Assembly (NCBI GenBank): GCA_963665295.1
Contig: OY762209.1
Coordinates: forward strand, 416,001 to 480,000
Length of the DNA: 64,000 nt
From: Syntrophorhabdaceae bacterium
Lineage (GTDB): Bacteria > Desulfobacterota > Syntrophorhabdia > Syntrophorhabdales > Syntrophorhabdaceae
Direction of reading: 5' to 3'
Shown here: piece after piece, positions 1 through 10,750 of the stretch
Position numbering within the stretch: the stretch's first letter is position 1
Layout: each line of letters starts with the position of its first letter
Made by a program: the position numbers and the translations under genes
The notes under the pieces: generated by a model
What the model saw: the letters and a program-made list of their open reading frames with translations, nothing else
Told to the model about the DNA's origin: nothing
Database searches by the model: none

Positions 1-371
1 CTGGACTCCCCAAGAAACTGCTTTGTCCCCAGCACGGGCTTCTGGATAATGTCTATCGCGCCGTATTCCAAAGCCTTGAGTGTTGTCTCGGAACCTTGAG
101 CGGTGAGGGTCGAACAGATCACCACGGGAATAGGGTGCTGGCTCATGATCTTCTGGAGAAACGTGATGCCGTCCATCCGGGGCATCTCAATGTCAAGGGT
201 AATGACATCAGGAGCCTCTTCTCTGATCCTCTGGGCAGCAACGAAGGGATCGGGGGCAGCCCCAATCACTTCTATCCCGGGATCAGAGGAGAGGATTTCT
301 TTCAGCGCATGCCGGACTACCGCAGAGTCATCGACGATCAGGACCTTGATTTTTCGGCTCGATATCGTCAA
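1..371 (-). CDS. cheB: Chemotaxis response regulator/methylesterase CheB, N-terminal part (runs off window)
   Basis: Manual translation from TTG at 371: [14 protein letters not shown]...[34 protein letters not shown]; directly downstream of cheD/cheR. Confidence 0.9.
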   Translation of the reverse strand, partial: MTISSRKIKVLIVDDSAVVRHALKEILSSDPGIEVIGAAPDPFVAAQRIREEAPDVITLDIEMPRMDGITFLQKIMSQHPIPVVICSTLTAQGSETTLKALEYGAIDIIQKPVLGTKQFLGES

Positions 372-649
372 ATGGTTGCCTCCGCCGGTGTGATCCTTGC
401 TGCTCTCTTCGTAAACACCTCGCCCGTATGGGTAAAGAAGAGTATCCTTCTTGCAAAGGTCCCACCGGTATGGGAGACCAGAACCTTCAAGCCTTCCTTG
501 AGGATCATCTGTCCTGCGGCCTCGATGTTTTCTTTACCCACCGAGATGCACGAACCGATAAGGATCATTACAAGGGACGGTTCTTGAGAGAAATGCGCTT
601 CTCCCGGCTTAAGATAGAATGCGGGCAGTTTCGAACCGGAGAATCTCAT
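368..649 (-). pseudogene. cheD: CheD deamidase with in-frame internal deletion (93 aa)
   Basis: N-terminal YLKPGE...IGSCISV joined directly to C-terminal GKENIEAA...[19 protein letters not shown]; the central H-x-x-LP and KxFGG motifs are missing. Confidence 0.75.
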
Positions 650-1533
650 ACTTCTTTTGCCCTCCTGTACACCGTAGGGCCCACCTGGACCAGGGGCACG
701 TCCATGCCGTGAAGGTTTTCGGAGTGGCCCATAAAGAGATAGCCTTGCGGCGCAAGGTAACGGCACAGTCTCTTAAGCAGTTGCTCCTGGGTTTTCCTGT
801 CGAAGTAGATGATTACGTTGCGGCAGAAAATAATGTGAACAGCCTCACTTATGTCATACGTCTTGTCCATCAGGTTAAGTCTCCTGAACTGCACAAGGGA
901 CCTCAGGGCCGGTGCAATTTTCACGACCTGCTTCGTCCTGTCCTTGCTCCTCAGAAGGTATTTCTTCTTGAATTCTTGAGGTATAGGTAGTGCCCTCTCC
1001 AGATCGTAGATCCCGATCCTGCCTTTCTCCAGCACCCTCGTGGATATGTCCGTGGCCAGTACGGAAAAACGATAGCCCGGGCATCTTTCCTTGAACTCAC
1101 TTGCTACCATGGCCATCGTGTAGGGTTCCTCTCCTGTCGAGCACGCGGCGCTCCACAAATTGAGTGTTTTCCTCACACCCACATCCTGATTGTCGAGAAG
1201 GTCCGGAAGGACCTTGCGAACAAGGTAATCAAAATGATCCGGCTCCCTGAAGAAGTCGGTCTTGTTGGTGGTCACAAGGTCTATCATGGGTGAAGACTCG
1301 CGGATCATCCCTTCCTTACTGAAAAGGTAGTCGCAGTATTCGCTAAAGGACTTCAAATCCAACGCTTTCAGCCTTTTGCGAAGACGGGTCTCCAGCATTG
1401 TCTTCTTCGTCCCCGGCATCAGGATCCCGCATGCCCTGTAGATGAGATCGCTTAACCGTGCGAAATCTCTGGAAGAGAGTTGAGTTTCCCCGTGCACCCC
1501 TCGTGACGCATTGTATGCCGATTCCCTGCCCAT
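646..1533 (-). CDS. cheR: Chemotaxis methyltransferase CheR
   Basis: TTNKTDFFRE, WSAACSTGEEPY, ATDIS, IFCRNVIIYF, GHSE motifs; start could be 1533 or 1590. Confidence 0.95.
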   Translation of the reverse strand: MGRESAYNASRGVHGETQLSSRDFARLSDLIYRACGILMPGTKKTMLETRLRKRLKALDLKSFSEYCDYLFSKEGMIRESSPMIDLVTTNKTDFFREPDHFDYLVRKVLPDLLDNQDVGVRKTLNLWSAACSTGEEPYTMAMVASEFKERCPGYRFSVLATDISTRVLEKGRIGIYDLERALPIPQEFKKKYLLRSKDRTKQVVKIAPALRSLVQFRRLNLMDKTYDISEAVHIIFCRNVIIYFDRKTQEQLLKRLCRYLAPQGYLFMGHSENLHGMDVPLVQVGPTVYRRAKEV

Positions 1534-1622
1534 CCTGTTTTTGGCGCCTCCCTTCGCATGGTCTCGCCGATCGCAGCGAGAAGACGTCACCTCATTGCCC
1601 GGACTTTTCCATGAGAGATCTT

Positions 1623-2132
1623 CTATACGGCCTCCCTCATTTCAGAGTCTGCCTCTTTGCTGTTCGCGGCCGGAAGGTCTTCCTCAGAGAACACTCTGTC
1701 GATATCGAGAATCATAATGAACTCACTGCCGCGCTTTCCGATACCTTTCAGGAATTCCGTTTTGAGCAGGGTGCCCATTTTCGGGGGAGATTCTATCTGC
1801 TCCGGATCAAGCTCTATAACTTCCTGGACCGAGTCTGCAAGCGCCCCCAGCACGGTTGTCTCCCCTTCAAAATCAATCTCCAGGACGATAATGCACGTAT
1901 CTACGCATGACTGGGTCAGACTCATCCTGAATTTCGACCGGAGGTCAAGAACAGGAACTACGCTTCCCCGCACGTTAATCACGCCCCGCATGAACTCGGG
2001 ACTCTTCGGCACTTTCGTGATATTGATGTATTCAAGTATCTCCCGAACCTTTGCTACCTCCACGGCAAATACTTCATTGGATAGTTTGAAAGTCAGGTAC
2101 TGCGCTGCCTCGGTGATGCCTGTGACGCTCAT
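1623..2132 (-). CDS. cheW: CheW coupling protein
   Basis: QYLTF...VREI...RGVINVRGSVVPVLDL. Confidence 0.95.
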   Translation of the reverse strand: MSVTGITEAAQYLTFKLSNEVFAVEVAKVREILEYINITKVPKSPEFMRGVINVRGSVVPVLDLRSKFRMSLTQSCVDTCIIVLEIDFEGETTVLGALADSVQEVIELDPEQIESPPKMGTLLKTEFLKGIGKRGSEFIMILDIDRVFSEEDLPAANSKEADSEMREAV

Positions 2133-2227
2133 GGATACCTCCTTCGTAAGGCTATGGTATGGAGCGAAGGACCTTGTAGCTGAGCCTCAGGGCTTCCCTC
2201 TTCGCCCCTCGCTCCATACCGTTCCAT

Positions 2228-5200
2228 TTAGAATCGCTCAAATTCCTCGTCCGATCCGTTTCCCGTGTCACCGAGGTTAAGGGAAATGCCCGACATCACG
2301 CTCTTCTTTGGCTCCCTATGAGGCCTTCCGTTTTTTGGCTGGCCAACCACCACACGAGAGACGCGTGGCTTGACAGTTTCGGTCGGCATTGATCTCGCCA
2401 GATGCATATTGGCATTGTCGCGAGTGGCCATACCATTTCCATCACTCTTTATCTTGAAGAAGGCGATGGCGCCCTTCAACTGTTCCGACTGGGAGGACAA
2501 CTCCTCTGACATGGAGGACATCTGTTCTGCAGCGCCTGCATTCTGTTGGATAACCTGGTTCAACTGCTGGATGGCTGAATTGACCTGTTCCGCGCCCGAG
2601 TTCTGTTCTACGCTTGCCGCGGTTATCTCCTGGACAAGCTCCGAAGTCTTCTTGATGTCCGGTACCAACTTTGTCAGCAATCCTCCTGCCAGTTCCGCCA
2701 CCTCCACACTCGAAGCGGAGAGCTTGCTTATTTCACCGGCGGCCGTCTGACTTCTTTCTGCCAATTTACGCACCTCGGAAGCCACCACCGCAAATCCTTT
2801 GCCATGCTCGCCGGCCCTTGCGGCTTCGATGGCTGCATTGAGGGCAAGGAGGTTTGTCTGACGGGCTATTTCCTCCACGATCGATATTTTGCCCGCTATT
2901 TCCTTCATTGCGCTTACTGTTTGGGTAACCGCCTTGCCGCTTTCCTCTGCGTCGCCAGCGGATTTGAGGGCTATTCTCTCGGTCTGCTGAGCGTTATCGG
3001 TATTCTGCTTTATCGTGGATGCCATTTCTTCCATGGAGGATGAGGCCTCCTCTGCAGACGCGGCCTGTTCTGTCGAACCCTGGGATATCTGTTCAGCCGT
3101 GGAACTCATTTGCTGGCTCCCCGCGGCCACCTGGTTTGATGCCTCCATAATACTCCTCACCACCTCGGTGATGCCGTTTACCATCGATGAGAGGGCCTGC
3201 ATAAGTCTGTCCTCTCCAGACCTTTCCTTTATGGTTACCACGAGATTGCCCCCCGCTATCTCCTGCGCAACGGACGTGACCTGATTCATGGCTTCTGTAA
3301 GCACATTGAGGTTGTTTTTGATCTCGTTGAAGTCACCATTATAGATGTCGGTGATCTTGGGGGGGATGTCGCCCTTGGAGATACGGTCTACGTATTCGGC
3401 AGTGACGTTGATGGGTCCTACGAAGGCATCGACAAGGTTATTGACTCCGCCTACCAGCTGACCCCAGCCGCCTACGAACTTGCCTGCCTCACCACGGACC
3501 GACAACTGACCTGCGATGGTTGCCCTGACCAGCTTGTCCGTTTCTGCAAGAAGGCCGCTCATGGTGTCGATACAGGCATTGAGGTTGTTTTTGATCTCGT
3601 TGAAGTCACCATTATAGATGTCGGTGATCTTGGGGGGGATGTCGCCCTTGGAGATACGGTCTACGTATTCGGCAGTGACGTTGATGGGTCCTACGAAGGC
3701 ATCGACAAGGTTATTGACTCCGCCTACCAGCTGACCCCAGCCGCCTACGAACTTGCCTGCCTCACCACGGACCGACAACTGACCTGCGATGGTTGCCCTG
3801 ACCAGCTTGTCCGTTTCTGCAAGAAGGCCGCTCATGGTGTCGATACAGGCATTGAGGTTGTTTTTGATCTCGTTGAAGTCACCATTATAGATGTCGGTGA
3901 TCTTGGGGGGGATGTCGCCCTTGGAGATACGGTCTACGTATTCGGCAGTGACGTTGATGGGTCCTACGAAGGCATCGACAAGGTTATTGACTCCGCCTAC
4001 CAGCTGACCCCAGCCGCCTACGAACTTGCCTGCCTCACCACGGACCGACAACTGACCTGCGATGGTTGCCCTGACCAGCTTGTCCGTTTCTGCAAGAAGG
4101 CCGCTCATGGTGTCGATACAGGCATTGAGGTTGTTTTTGATCTCGTTGAAGTCACCATTATAGATGTCGGTGATCTTGGGGGGGATGTCGCCCTTGGAGA
4201 TACGGTCTACGTATTCGGCAGTGACGTTGATGGGTCCTACGAAGGCATCGACAAGGTTATTGACTCCGCCTACCAGCTGACCCCAGCCGCCTACGAACTT
4301 GCCTGCCTCACCACGGACCGACAACTGACCTGCGATGGTTGCCCTGACCAGCTTGTCCGTTTCTGCAAGAAGGCCGCTCATGGTGTCGATACAGGCATTG
4401 AGGTTGTTTTTGATCTCGTTGAAGTCACCATTATAGATGTCGGTGATCTTGGGGGGGATGTCGCCCTTGGAGATACGGTCTACGTATTCGGCAGTGACGT
4501 TGATGGGTCCTACGAAGGCATCGACAAGGTTATTGACTCCGCCTACCAGCTGACCCCAGCCGCCTACGAACTTGCCTGCCTCACCACGGACCGACAACTG
4601 ACCTGCGATGGTTGCCCTGACCAGCTTGTCCGTTTCTGCAAGAAGGCCGCTCATGGTGTCGATACAGGCATTGAGGTTGTTTTTGATCTCGTTGAAGTCA
4701 CCATTATAGATGTCGGTGATCTTGGGGGGGATGTCGCCCTTGGAGATACGGTCTACGTATTCGGCAGTGACGTTGATGGGTCCTACGAAGGCATCGACAA
4801 GGTTATTGACTCCGCCTACCAGCTGACCCCAGCCGCCTACGAACTTGCCTGCCTCACCACGGACCGACAACTGACCTGCGATGGTTGCCCTGACCAGCTT
4901 GTCCGTTTCTGCAAGAAGGCCGCTCATGGTGTCGATACAGGCATTGAGGTTGTTTTTGATCTCGTTGAAGTCACCATTATAGATGTCGGTGATCTTGGGG
5001 GGGATGTCGCCCTTGGAGATACGGTCTACGTATTCGGCAGTGACGTTGATGGGTCCTACGAAGGCATCGACAAGGTTATTGACTCCGCCTACCAGCTGAC
5101 CCCAGCCGCCTACGAACTTGCCTGCCTCACCACGGACCGACAACTGACCTGCGATGGTTGCCCTGACCAGCTTGTCCGTTTCTGCAAGAAGGCCGCTCAT

Positions 5201-6031
5201 GGTGTCGATACAGGCATTGAGGTTGTTTTTGATCTCGTTGAAGTCACCATTATAGATGTCGGTGATCTTGGGGGGGATGTCGCCCTTGGAGATACGGTCT
5301 ACGTATTCGGCAGTGACGTTGATGGGTCCTACGAAGGCATCGACAAGGTTATTGACTCCGCCTACCAGCTGACCCCAGCCGCCTACGAACTTGCCTGCCT
5401 CACCACGGACCGACAACTGACCTGCGATGGTTGCCCTGACCAGCTTGTCCGTTTCTGCAAGAAGGCCGCTCATGGTGTCGATACAGGCATTGAGGTTGTT
5501 TTTGATCTCGTTGAAGTCACCATTATAGATGTCGGTGATCTTGGGGGGGATGTCGCCCTTGGAGATACGGTCTACGTATTCGGCGGCCACGTTCAAGGGC
5601 CCGATGACTGCATCCAAAGTCTGGTTCACTCCCTCCACGATCTTCCTGTAATCCCCCTGATGCTTCGATGCATCGGCTCTGGTGGCCAGTCTGCCTTCTA
5701 CCGCAGCCTTTGAGAGCATGTCGGCATCTGTGATGAGACTGGACAGATTCTCTTTCAAAGAATCCATACTGTCGTTGGCCACTGCGAGTTTGCCCGGCAG
5801 CTTCTCGAGAACCTGGGAGAAGTCTCCTTCGGCATAGGAACCTGCGATATCGGCTATCTTAAGGGAATTGTCAATGTGGAATCTAACCAATTCATTTACG
5901 TCTGCGACAATCTGCCCGAAATCCCCTCTGTAATTGTCCGATGGAATGAACCAGTCGATCTCACCTTTCTTCTGCATTTCCAGCATCTTCCTCATGTCGT
6001 TCATGAATGCTTTCTTTGTTGAATTAAACAT
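2228..6031 (-). CDS. Soluble methyl-accepting chemotaxis protein with poly-HAMP array
   Basis: C-terminal [40 protein letters not shown] signalling domain; EEFERF tail; no transmembrane segment; 91-aa repeats. Confidence 0.93.
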   Translation of the reverse strand: MFNSTKKAFMNDMRKMLEMQKKGEIDWFIPSDNYRGDFGQIVADVNELVRFHIDNSLKIADIAGSYAEGDFSQVLEKLPGKLAVANDSMDSLKENLSSLITDADMLSKAAVEGRLATRADASKHQGDYRKIVEGVNQTLDAVIGPLNVAAEYVDRISKGDIPPKITDIYNGDFNEIKNNLNACIDTMSGLLAETDKLVRATIAGQLSVRGEAGKFVGGWGQLVGGVNNLVDAFVGPINVTAEYVDRISKGDIPPKITDIYNGDFNEIKNNLNACIDTMSGLLAETDKLVRATIAGQLSVRGEAGKFVGGWGQLVGGVNNLVDAFVGPINVTAEYVDRISKGDIPPKITDIYNGDFNEIKNNLNACIDTMSGLLAETDKLVRATIAGQLSVRGEAGKFVGGWGQLVGGVNNLVDAFVGPINVTAEYVDRISKGDIPPKITDIYNGDFNEIKNNLNACIDTMSGLLAETDKLVRATIAGQLSVRGEAGKFVGGWGQLVGGVNNLVDAFVGPINVTAEYVDRISKGDIPPKITDIYNGDFNEIKNNLNACIDTMSGLLAETDKLVRATIAGQLSVRGEAGKFVGGWGQLVGGVNNLVDAFVGPINVTAEYVDRISKGDIPPKITDIYNGDFNEIKNNLNACIDTMSGLLAETDKLVRATIAGQLSVRGEAGKFVGGWGQLVGGVNNLVDAFVGPINVTAEYVDRISKGDIPPKITDIYNGDFNEIKNNLNACIDTMSGLLAETDKLVRATIAGQLSVRGEAGKFVGGWGQLVGGVNNLVDAFVGPINVTAEYVDRISKGDIPPKITDIYNGDFNEIKNNLNACIDTMSGLLAETDKLVRATIAGQLSVRGEAGKFVGGWGQLVGGVNNLVDAFVGPINVTAEYVDRISKGDIPPKITDIYNGDFNEIKNNLNVLTEAMNQVTSVAQEIAGGNLVVTIKERSGEDRLMQALSSMVNGITEVVRSIMEASNQVAAGSQQMSSTAEQISQGSTEQAASAEEASSSMEEMASTIKQNTDNAQQTERIALKSAGDAEESGKAVTQTVSAMKEIAGKISIVEEIARQTNLLALNAAIEAARAGEHGKGFAVVASEVRKLAERSQTAAGEISKLSASSVEVAELAGGLLTKLVPDIKKTSELVQEITAASVEQNSGAEQVNSAIQQLNQVIQQNAGAAEQMSSMSEELSSQSEQLKGAIAFFKIKSDGNGMATRDNANMHLARSMPTETVKPRVSRVVVGQPKNGRPHREPKKSVMSGISLNLGDTGNGSDEEFERF
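3304..5584. repeat. Intragenic tandem repeat, 273-bp unit (91 aa), 8 full copies plus a partial copy
   Basis: CATTGAGGTTGTTTTTGATC at 3304, 3577 ... 5488 (8 x 273); translated units are identical. Confidence 0.95.
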
Positions 6032-6106
6032 GCCGCCCCCTCGTGTCCGCTTTATTGTATTGCATAACCCCTCCTTTCGTATCCTTTTCCGATTTTTACC
6101 TCCATC

Positions 6107-6715
6107 TTATGCAAACGTTCCCATGAGACATGACGTCTTCACATTCTTTATCGTATTCCGGAGCATCTCTTTTATCCCTTTTCTTGACGGCGCGTCGTGG
6201 CCGGAGTAGACGACACTGATATCGAGATTGTTGAGCCTTTCGATAACCTTTATGAACTCTTTCGTGTACGACCCACCCGCGCTCAGTACCCTCAAAGGCG
6301 TATCTCCAGAAAAGAGCGTCCCTTCCTCACGGCAATACAGGCAGATGGAGTCGCTGGAATGCATGGGCACATGTATTACCTCGATCTCTCGGTCGCCGAT
6401 TTGTAGGACTTGCCCATCCTTTAGAACCACGTCAACATGCTCGTCTTCGTGAAACGCATAAACCGTCGGCTGATACATCTTCTTGATGACTGAAAGATTT
6501 CCAGTATGATCGAAATGGTTATGGGTAAGAATGAGACGCTCAACCTTCTTTTTTCCGACTCCCACATTAGACCTCTCCAACTCTTCCAGGATTGATTCAT
6601 CCGTCCCCGCATCGATAAGCGTATTGACGTCTTCCAGCCTGTTCCAGTCCCCCTGTACGAGATAGGCGTTCGAAGAATAGACCCTGTTGTTCCTGTTGAG
6701 GAGAGTTACTTTCAC
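6107..6715 (-). CDS. MBL-fold metallo-hydrolase
   Basis: THNHFDH, HSSD, FSGD, YSGH motifs. Confidence 0.9.
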   Translation of the reverse strand: MKVTLLNRNNRVYSSNAYLVQGDWNRLEDVNTLIDAGTDESILEELERSNVGVGKKKVERLILTHNHFDHTGNLSVIKKMYQPTVYAFHEDEHVDVVLKDGQVLQIGDREIEVIHVPMHSSDSICLYCREEGTLFSGDTPLRVLSAGGSYTKEFIKVIERLNNLDISVVYSGHDAPSRKGIKEMLRNTIKNVKTSCLMGTFA

Positions 6716-7323
6716 GCCCCTTCCGCCTTTCGGAATATCTGTCCGTGGGGAGCAACCTTTACAAAAAGGGAGTCCAGTTCAGGAGGCATCTTCTGTGTCT
6801 GCTCAGTCGCGAAGTATCCTCCGGGGGCCAACGATCTATGGAACATCTTTATCACTTCTATGCGCTCCGCAGGCTGAAAATGGAGGAGCACGTTCTTGCA
6901 GAGTATGAGGCTAAAGTTGCCTCCTATCGGCGCGAGCGAAAGGAGGTCGTGGCGCTGATACATGACCCTGTCCCTCACTGCATCCGCCACCTGACGGCAC
7001 TTCCCCCCATTCACGGGCATGAAATACTTTTCAAGCAGTTCGGGAGGAACCCGCTGTAATTCTTCGTTGGGATATGTGCCTGACCTCACCATATCTTCAA
7101 CACCGTTCCCCTCCTCTATATCCGTTGCATGGATCTGGAGGTTTCTGAAGGCGAAATGCCCCATGTGTTCTGCAAAAAGGATCGAAAGGGAATAGACCTC
7201 CTGCCCCATAGCACACCCGGCATCCCACACCTTTACATTACTCCTGCCCATCACATCCGGAACCGCATGCTCCATTATGAGTTCCAGTATCTGCATATCC
7301 CTGAAAAAAAATGTGAATGCCAT
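6712..7323 (-). CDS. Short CheR-like SAM methyltransferase
   Basis: FTFFFRD, WDAGCAMGQEVYS, ATDI, ILCKNVLLHF; lacks the usual N-terminal helical domain. Confidence 0.85.
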   Translation of the reverse strand: MAFTFFFRDMQILELIMEHAVPDVMGRSNVKVWDAGCAMGQEVYSLSILFAEHMGHFAFRNLQIHATDIEEGNGVEDMVRSGTYPNEELQRVPPELLEKYFMPVNGGKCRQVADAVRDRVMYQRHDLLSLAPIGGNFSLILCKNVLLHFQPAERIEVIKMFHRSLAPGGYFATEQTQKMPPELDSLFVKVAPHGQIFRKAEGA

Positions 7324-9423
7324 CTATGCCACCTCTTTAGCCTGGGCTGCCGAAGCGAGGGCCGCCACGTCAAGGATAAGGGCCACGGTACCGTCTCCCA
7401 TAATGGTCGCCCCTGAGACACCCCCCACACTCCGGTACATCCGCCCGAGGCTCTTGATTACGGTCTGGTGCTCGCCCACAACCTGGTCCACGGCAAAGCC
7501 GATCCTCTGGCCATTTGTTTCTGCGATTATGACCTGTTCTATGGATGGCTCTCTCCCTTGGATATCAAAGGTTTCTCTGAGACGTATATAGGGAACCAGT
7601 TGGCCCCTGAGGTTCACCAAGCGGCGGCCGTTGGCCTTCTCTATCTCTTCCCGGGGGAGCTCTATGCACTCCTCCACTGTCGAGAGGGGAAGCACAAAGA
7701 AGCCGTTGTCCACGCTCGCGAGCAGTCCGTCGATGATGGCCAGGGTAAGAGGCAGGCGGAGCGTAATGCTGGTCCCCACATCTTTTTCGCTTTCCACTTC
7801 AATGAAACCCCGCAGGGCGTCGATTGTCTTCCTGACCACATCCATGCCCACTCCACGACCAGATACATTGGTCACTTCGCTGGCCGTTGAAAATCCAGGC
7901 GCAAAAATAAGAGAGAATATGTCCCTGTCGGCAAGTTCAGCATCCCTTGCCACGAGACCTTTTTCGATTGCTTTGGCTCGTATCTTCTCCCGGTCAAGTC
8001 CGGCGCCATCGTCGATTATCTTTATGAGGACATTGGCTCCCCCATAACCCGCAGACAGGCGTATTGTTCCTGTCCTGGGTTTCCCCGAGGCCTCCCTCTT
8101 CTCAGGAGATTCTACTCCGTGATCTATACTGTTTCTGATAATGTGGATAAGGGGATCATTCAATCTTTCAATAACAGTCTTGTCGAGTTCCGTTTCCGCC
8201 CCTTCGGTTATCAGCTCAATCTCTTTCCCTAAGTCCCTGGAAAGGTCCCTGACCAAGCGTTTAAATCTTGCGAAGGTGGTTCCAATGGGCAACATTCGAA
8301 TGTTCATCGTATTATCCCGGAGTTCCTCCGTCAGGCGCTCGACCTCTTCTGCGATAAGAAGTAATTCCGGATCTTTCACCACATTTGATTTCGCGCTCAG
8401 ACGCGCCTGAACCGTGACAAGCTCACCCACCAGGTCCACAAGCTTGTCGAGCTTTTCTGCGGCCACTCTTATACTCTGGGAGGATTCCTCTTTCTGCCTT
8501 TTTTCCTTTACCCCCCGCACATGCGCCTGCTCCATGAGGGCAGACTCGACCTTGCTTTTCGACACGAGACCCGCGTCCACAAGGAGTTGCCCGATAGGCT
8601 TCTTTTCCTTGAGCACCCTTTCTATATCTTCCTGTCCGACGTCGCCCCGTTCCAACAGGATCTCTCCGAGCCGCTTATATTCCTTTTCGTCATTCTCCTC
8701 GCTCGCTTCATCGATGGTCTCGATGGCAATGTCCGAGTCGCCCTCCACGAACACAAAGGCATCCTTAATCGCATCGATACCCCGGTCTGTGGTAAGAATT
8801 ATGTCCCACCACGTATAGCAGAGCTCGGGATCTAATTCCCCGATAGGAGGAATGGCATGCCGCTCGGCCACTACTGCGCTGGGCCCAAGCCCCCGGAGTT
8901 CGCTCAGGATGAGTAAAGGGTTTGTCCCTCTCTGAAAGATATCCAAAGAAGGACGAAACCGGATGCGATATGTTGTCTGAACCTGTTCAGGGAGGGCAGG
9001 AGACGTCTTCTCCCCTGGTTGCACGACCGGGTCACTCGCAGGTATCAAAGCCTTAAAAGAAGCCGCAATCCTTTTGATGAATGGTTCGTCCAACGACTCC
9101 CCACTGTAAGAATTATCGAGCATCATGCGAATGCAGTCCCGCGCCTTGAGGGTGAGGTCGATAAGTTCCCTAGTGACGGGTATTCCCCCGCTGCGCACGA
9201 GATCGAACACCGTCTCAACGCCGTGTGTAAATGCCGCGATACTATCAAACCCGAACATTGAGCCGGATCCTTTGATGGTGTGCATTGCGCGGAAGACCTT
9301 GCCCACCAGTTCCGCGTCTTCCGGGGCTTCCTCGAGCTCCAGTAAAGAAGTCTCGAGTTCCGCGAGCAATTCGTTTGCCTCATCACGGTAGGCCGCCCTA
9401 CATGCGTCGTTTTCAGCCTTCAT
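7324..9423 (-). CDS. cheA: Chemotaxis histidine kinase CheA
   Basis: Hpt FRAMHTIKG, HIIRNSIDHG, APGFSTA, SGRGVGMDVV, C-terminal CheW domain; ATG 9423 overlaps the cheY stop (ATGA). Confidence 0.95.
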   Translation of the reverse strand: MKAENDACRAAYRDEANELLAELETSLLELEEAPEDAELVGKVFRAMHTIKGSGSMFGFDSIAAFTHGVETVFDLVRSGGIPVTRELIDLTLKARDCIRMMLDNSYSGESLDEPFIKRIAASFKALIPASDPVVQPGEKTSPALPEQVQTTYRIRFRPSLDIFQRGTNPLLILSELRGLGPSAVVAERHAIPPIGELDPELCYTWWDIILTTDRGIDAIKDAFVFVEGDSDIAIETIDEASEENDEKEYKRLGEILLERGDVGQEDIERVLKEKKPIGQLLVDAGLVSKSKVESALMEQAHVRGVKEKRQKEESSQSIRVAAEKLDKLVDLVGELVTVQARLSAKSNVVKDPELLLIAEEVERLTEELRDNTMNIRMLPIGTTFARFKRLVRDLSRDLGKEIELITEGAETELDKTVIERLNDPLIHIIRNSIDHGVESPEKREASGKPRTGTIRLSAGYGGANVLIKIIDDGAGLDREKIRAKAIEKGLVARDAELADRDIFSLIFAPGFSTASEVTNVSGRGVGMDVVRKTIDALRGFIEVESEKDVGTSITLRLPLTLAIIDGLLASVDNGFFVLPLSTVEECIELPREEIEKANGRRLVNLRGQLVPYIRLRETFDIQGREPSIEQVIIAETNGQRIGFAVDQVVGEHQTVIKSLGRMYRSVGGVSGATIMGDGTVALILDVAALASAAQAKEVA

Positions 9424-9551
9424 CCCAACACCTTTTTCGCTACGGAGAGAGGTTGTTTCGACCTGAAGGGCTTGCCCGCCTCCTTGAGGGTGAAGCCAAC
9501 CGTTTGGCGAACACTTGCCGGGTCGTCTACCGTCATGATGAGCTTGCTCAT
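9420..9551 (-). pseudogene. cheY: CheY with in-frame internal deletion (43 aa)
   Basis: Translation MSKLIMTVDDPASVRQTVGFTLKEAG|KPFRSKQPLSVAKKVLG: receiver N- and C-termini fused, phospho-acceptor region absent. Confidence 0.8.
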
Positions 9552-9895
9552 TGGTTCCTCCCCGGCCAGAGACACGTGGTGGTGCCTTTGGCAAAACCAC
9601 AGCTGTACTTCACGAACCCGGCGTCGAGGGCTGTGCGCATAAAAGACTCCGAAGGCTCCCCTTCAAACGAGATAAGCCTGTTCTCTGCCTCAAAGGCCCG
9701 GTGGGCGGAACAGATCAATTGAAGGACCGCAACATCGGCGCTGGCCACCCTTTCAAGACATATGCGGACATTTTGCTTAAGATCGGATGCCTCCGACAAG
9801 GCGTTCTTCAGTTCTCCCGCGTGTTCGATCGTCAGGTCGCCTTCCAGTCTGAGCTTTTGTGTGTTCCCTGTAGTCTCCACTGTCATCTCCATCAT
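9548..9895 (-). CDS. STAS domain protein
   Basis: LEGDLTIEHAGELK...DVAVLQLICSAHR; usual position upstream of cheY-cheA. Confidence 0.85.
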   Translation of the reverse strand: MMEMTVETTGNTQKLRLEGDLTIEHAGELKNALSEASDLKQNVRICLERVASADVAVLQLICSAHRAFEAENRLISFEGEPSESFMRTALDAGFVKYSCGFAKGTTTCLWPGRNQ

Positions 9896-10058
9896 AATCC
9901 CCCGTTAGTTGCGTCAGAATTCATGTTCCCGGAGCAAGCTTTCATAGATAGGCCGTTCTGTTCCTGTGTGGTACGGACGGCTTAAACCGCCCTTACATAT
10001 TCCATCTGCCCGTGTGCCTCATCCAGGGAAGCACAATAAGTCCGTTCCGGGAGATACA

Positions 10059-10631
10059 TTACAGTCCCAGCCTTTTTAGTGCGTCACGAAGAATTGTGGC
10101 CGATACTGGTTTTTCGTAATAGTATGAAGCGCCTTCTGACAGCGCCTTCTCCATCACCTCGGGAGAGCCATATCCCGTGATCATGATTATCTTGGTTTCC
10201 GGTTTCCGTCCCTTTACCCGTTGCATGATTTCAAAGCCGTCGTCGTTTGAAGAGCCGGAGAGCTTGAGGTCTGTGATAACACACCGATAATCCCTTGTTT
10301 CGAGCAGATCTACCGCCTCCTGAAGCGTCTCTGCCGTGTCTACCTCCACTCCATTGCCCTGTAATACCTTCTTGAAGCCAAAGAGTATGACTGCCTCGTC
10401 ATCTACGATCAGCACTCGTCTTCCCAGGTTGGTATCGTCCCGGGTCCTGTTTGGACGCCCGGTCCGGGGAGAAGTCTTCTGCGCTTCACCGATTGTGGAG
10501 TCCTGGACAAAGGGGACCTCCCCAGGTGGGGAAATAGGCAACGAAGCCTGGGGAGGCATGAGGGCAATTGCGGGAAGAGACTTCATGGTTGTTAGGGGAA
10601 GCAAGAAGGGTGCCAAAGCCTCCAATGGCAT
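10059..10631 (-). CDS. Single-domain response regulator (true start probably internal)
   Basis: VLIVDDE, ITDLKL, MITGYG, EKP. Confidence 0.8.
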   Translation of the reverse strand: MPLEALAPFLLPLTTMKSLPAIALMPPQASLPISPPGEVPFVQDSTIGEAQKTSPRTGRPNRTRDDTNLGRRVLIVDDEAVILFGFKKVLQGNGVEVDTAETLQEAVDLLETRDYRCVITDLKLSGSSNDDGFEIMQRVKGRKPETKIIMITGYGSPEVMEKALSEGASYYYEKPVSATILRDALKRLGL

Positions 10632-10750
10632 GGAAGCTATTAATAAATAAGGGCTTAGAGAAAGATCATGGCGGTCAGCATTCTCATTTTCGCAACATGC
10701 TGTCTCATCCGCGAGAATATTACATGAGAATCAGAAGGAGGGAACGTCCT

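Noticed and set aside
3304..5584. CRISPR-like array
   Set aside because: Contiguous in-frame 273-bp coding repeats with no spacers and no cas genes
9424..9600. N-terminal extension of CheA in the ORF track
   Set aside because: Overlaps the deleted cheY and STAS in other frames; the Hpt domain starts at ATG 9423
9900..10055. Possible remnant of an MCP tail upstream of the STAS gene
   Set aside because: Resemblance too short and degenerate to support a call
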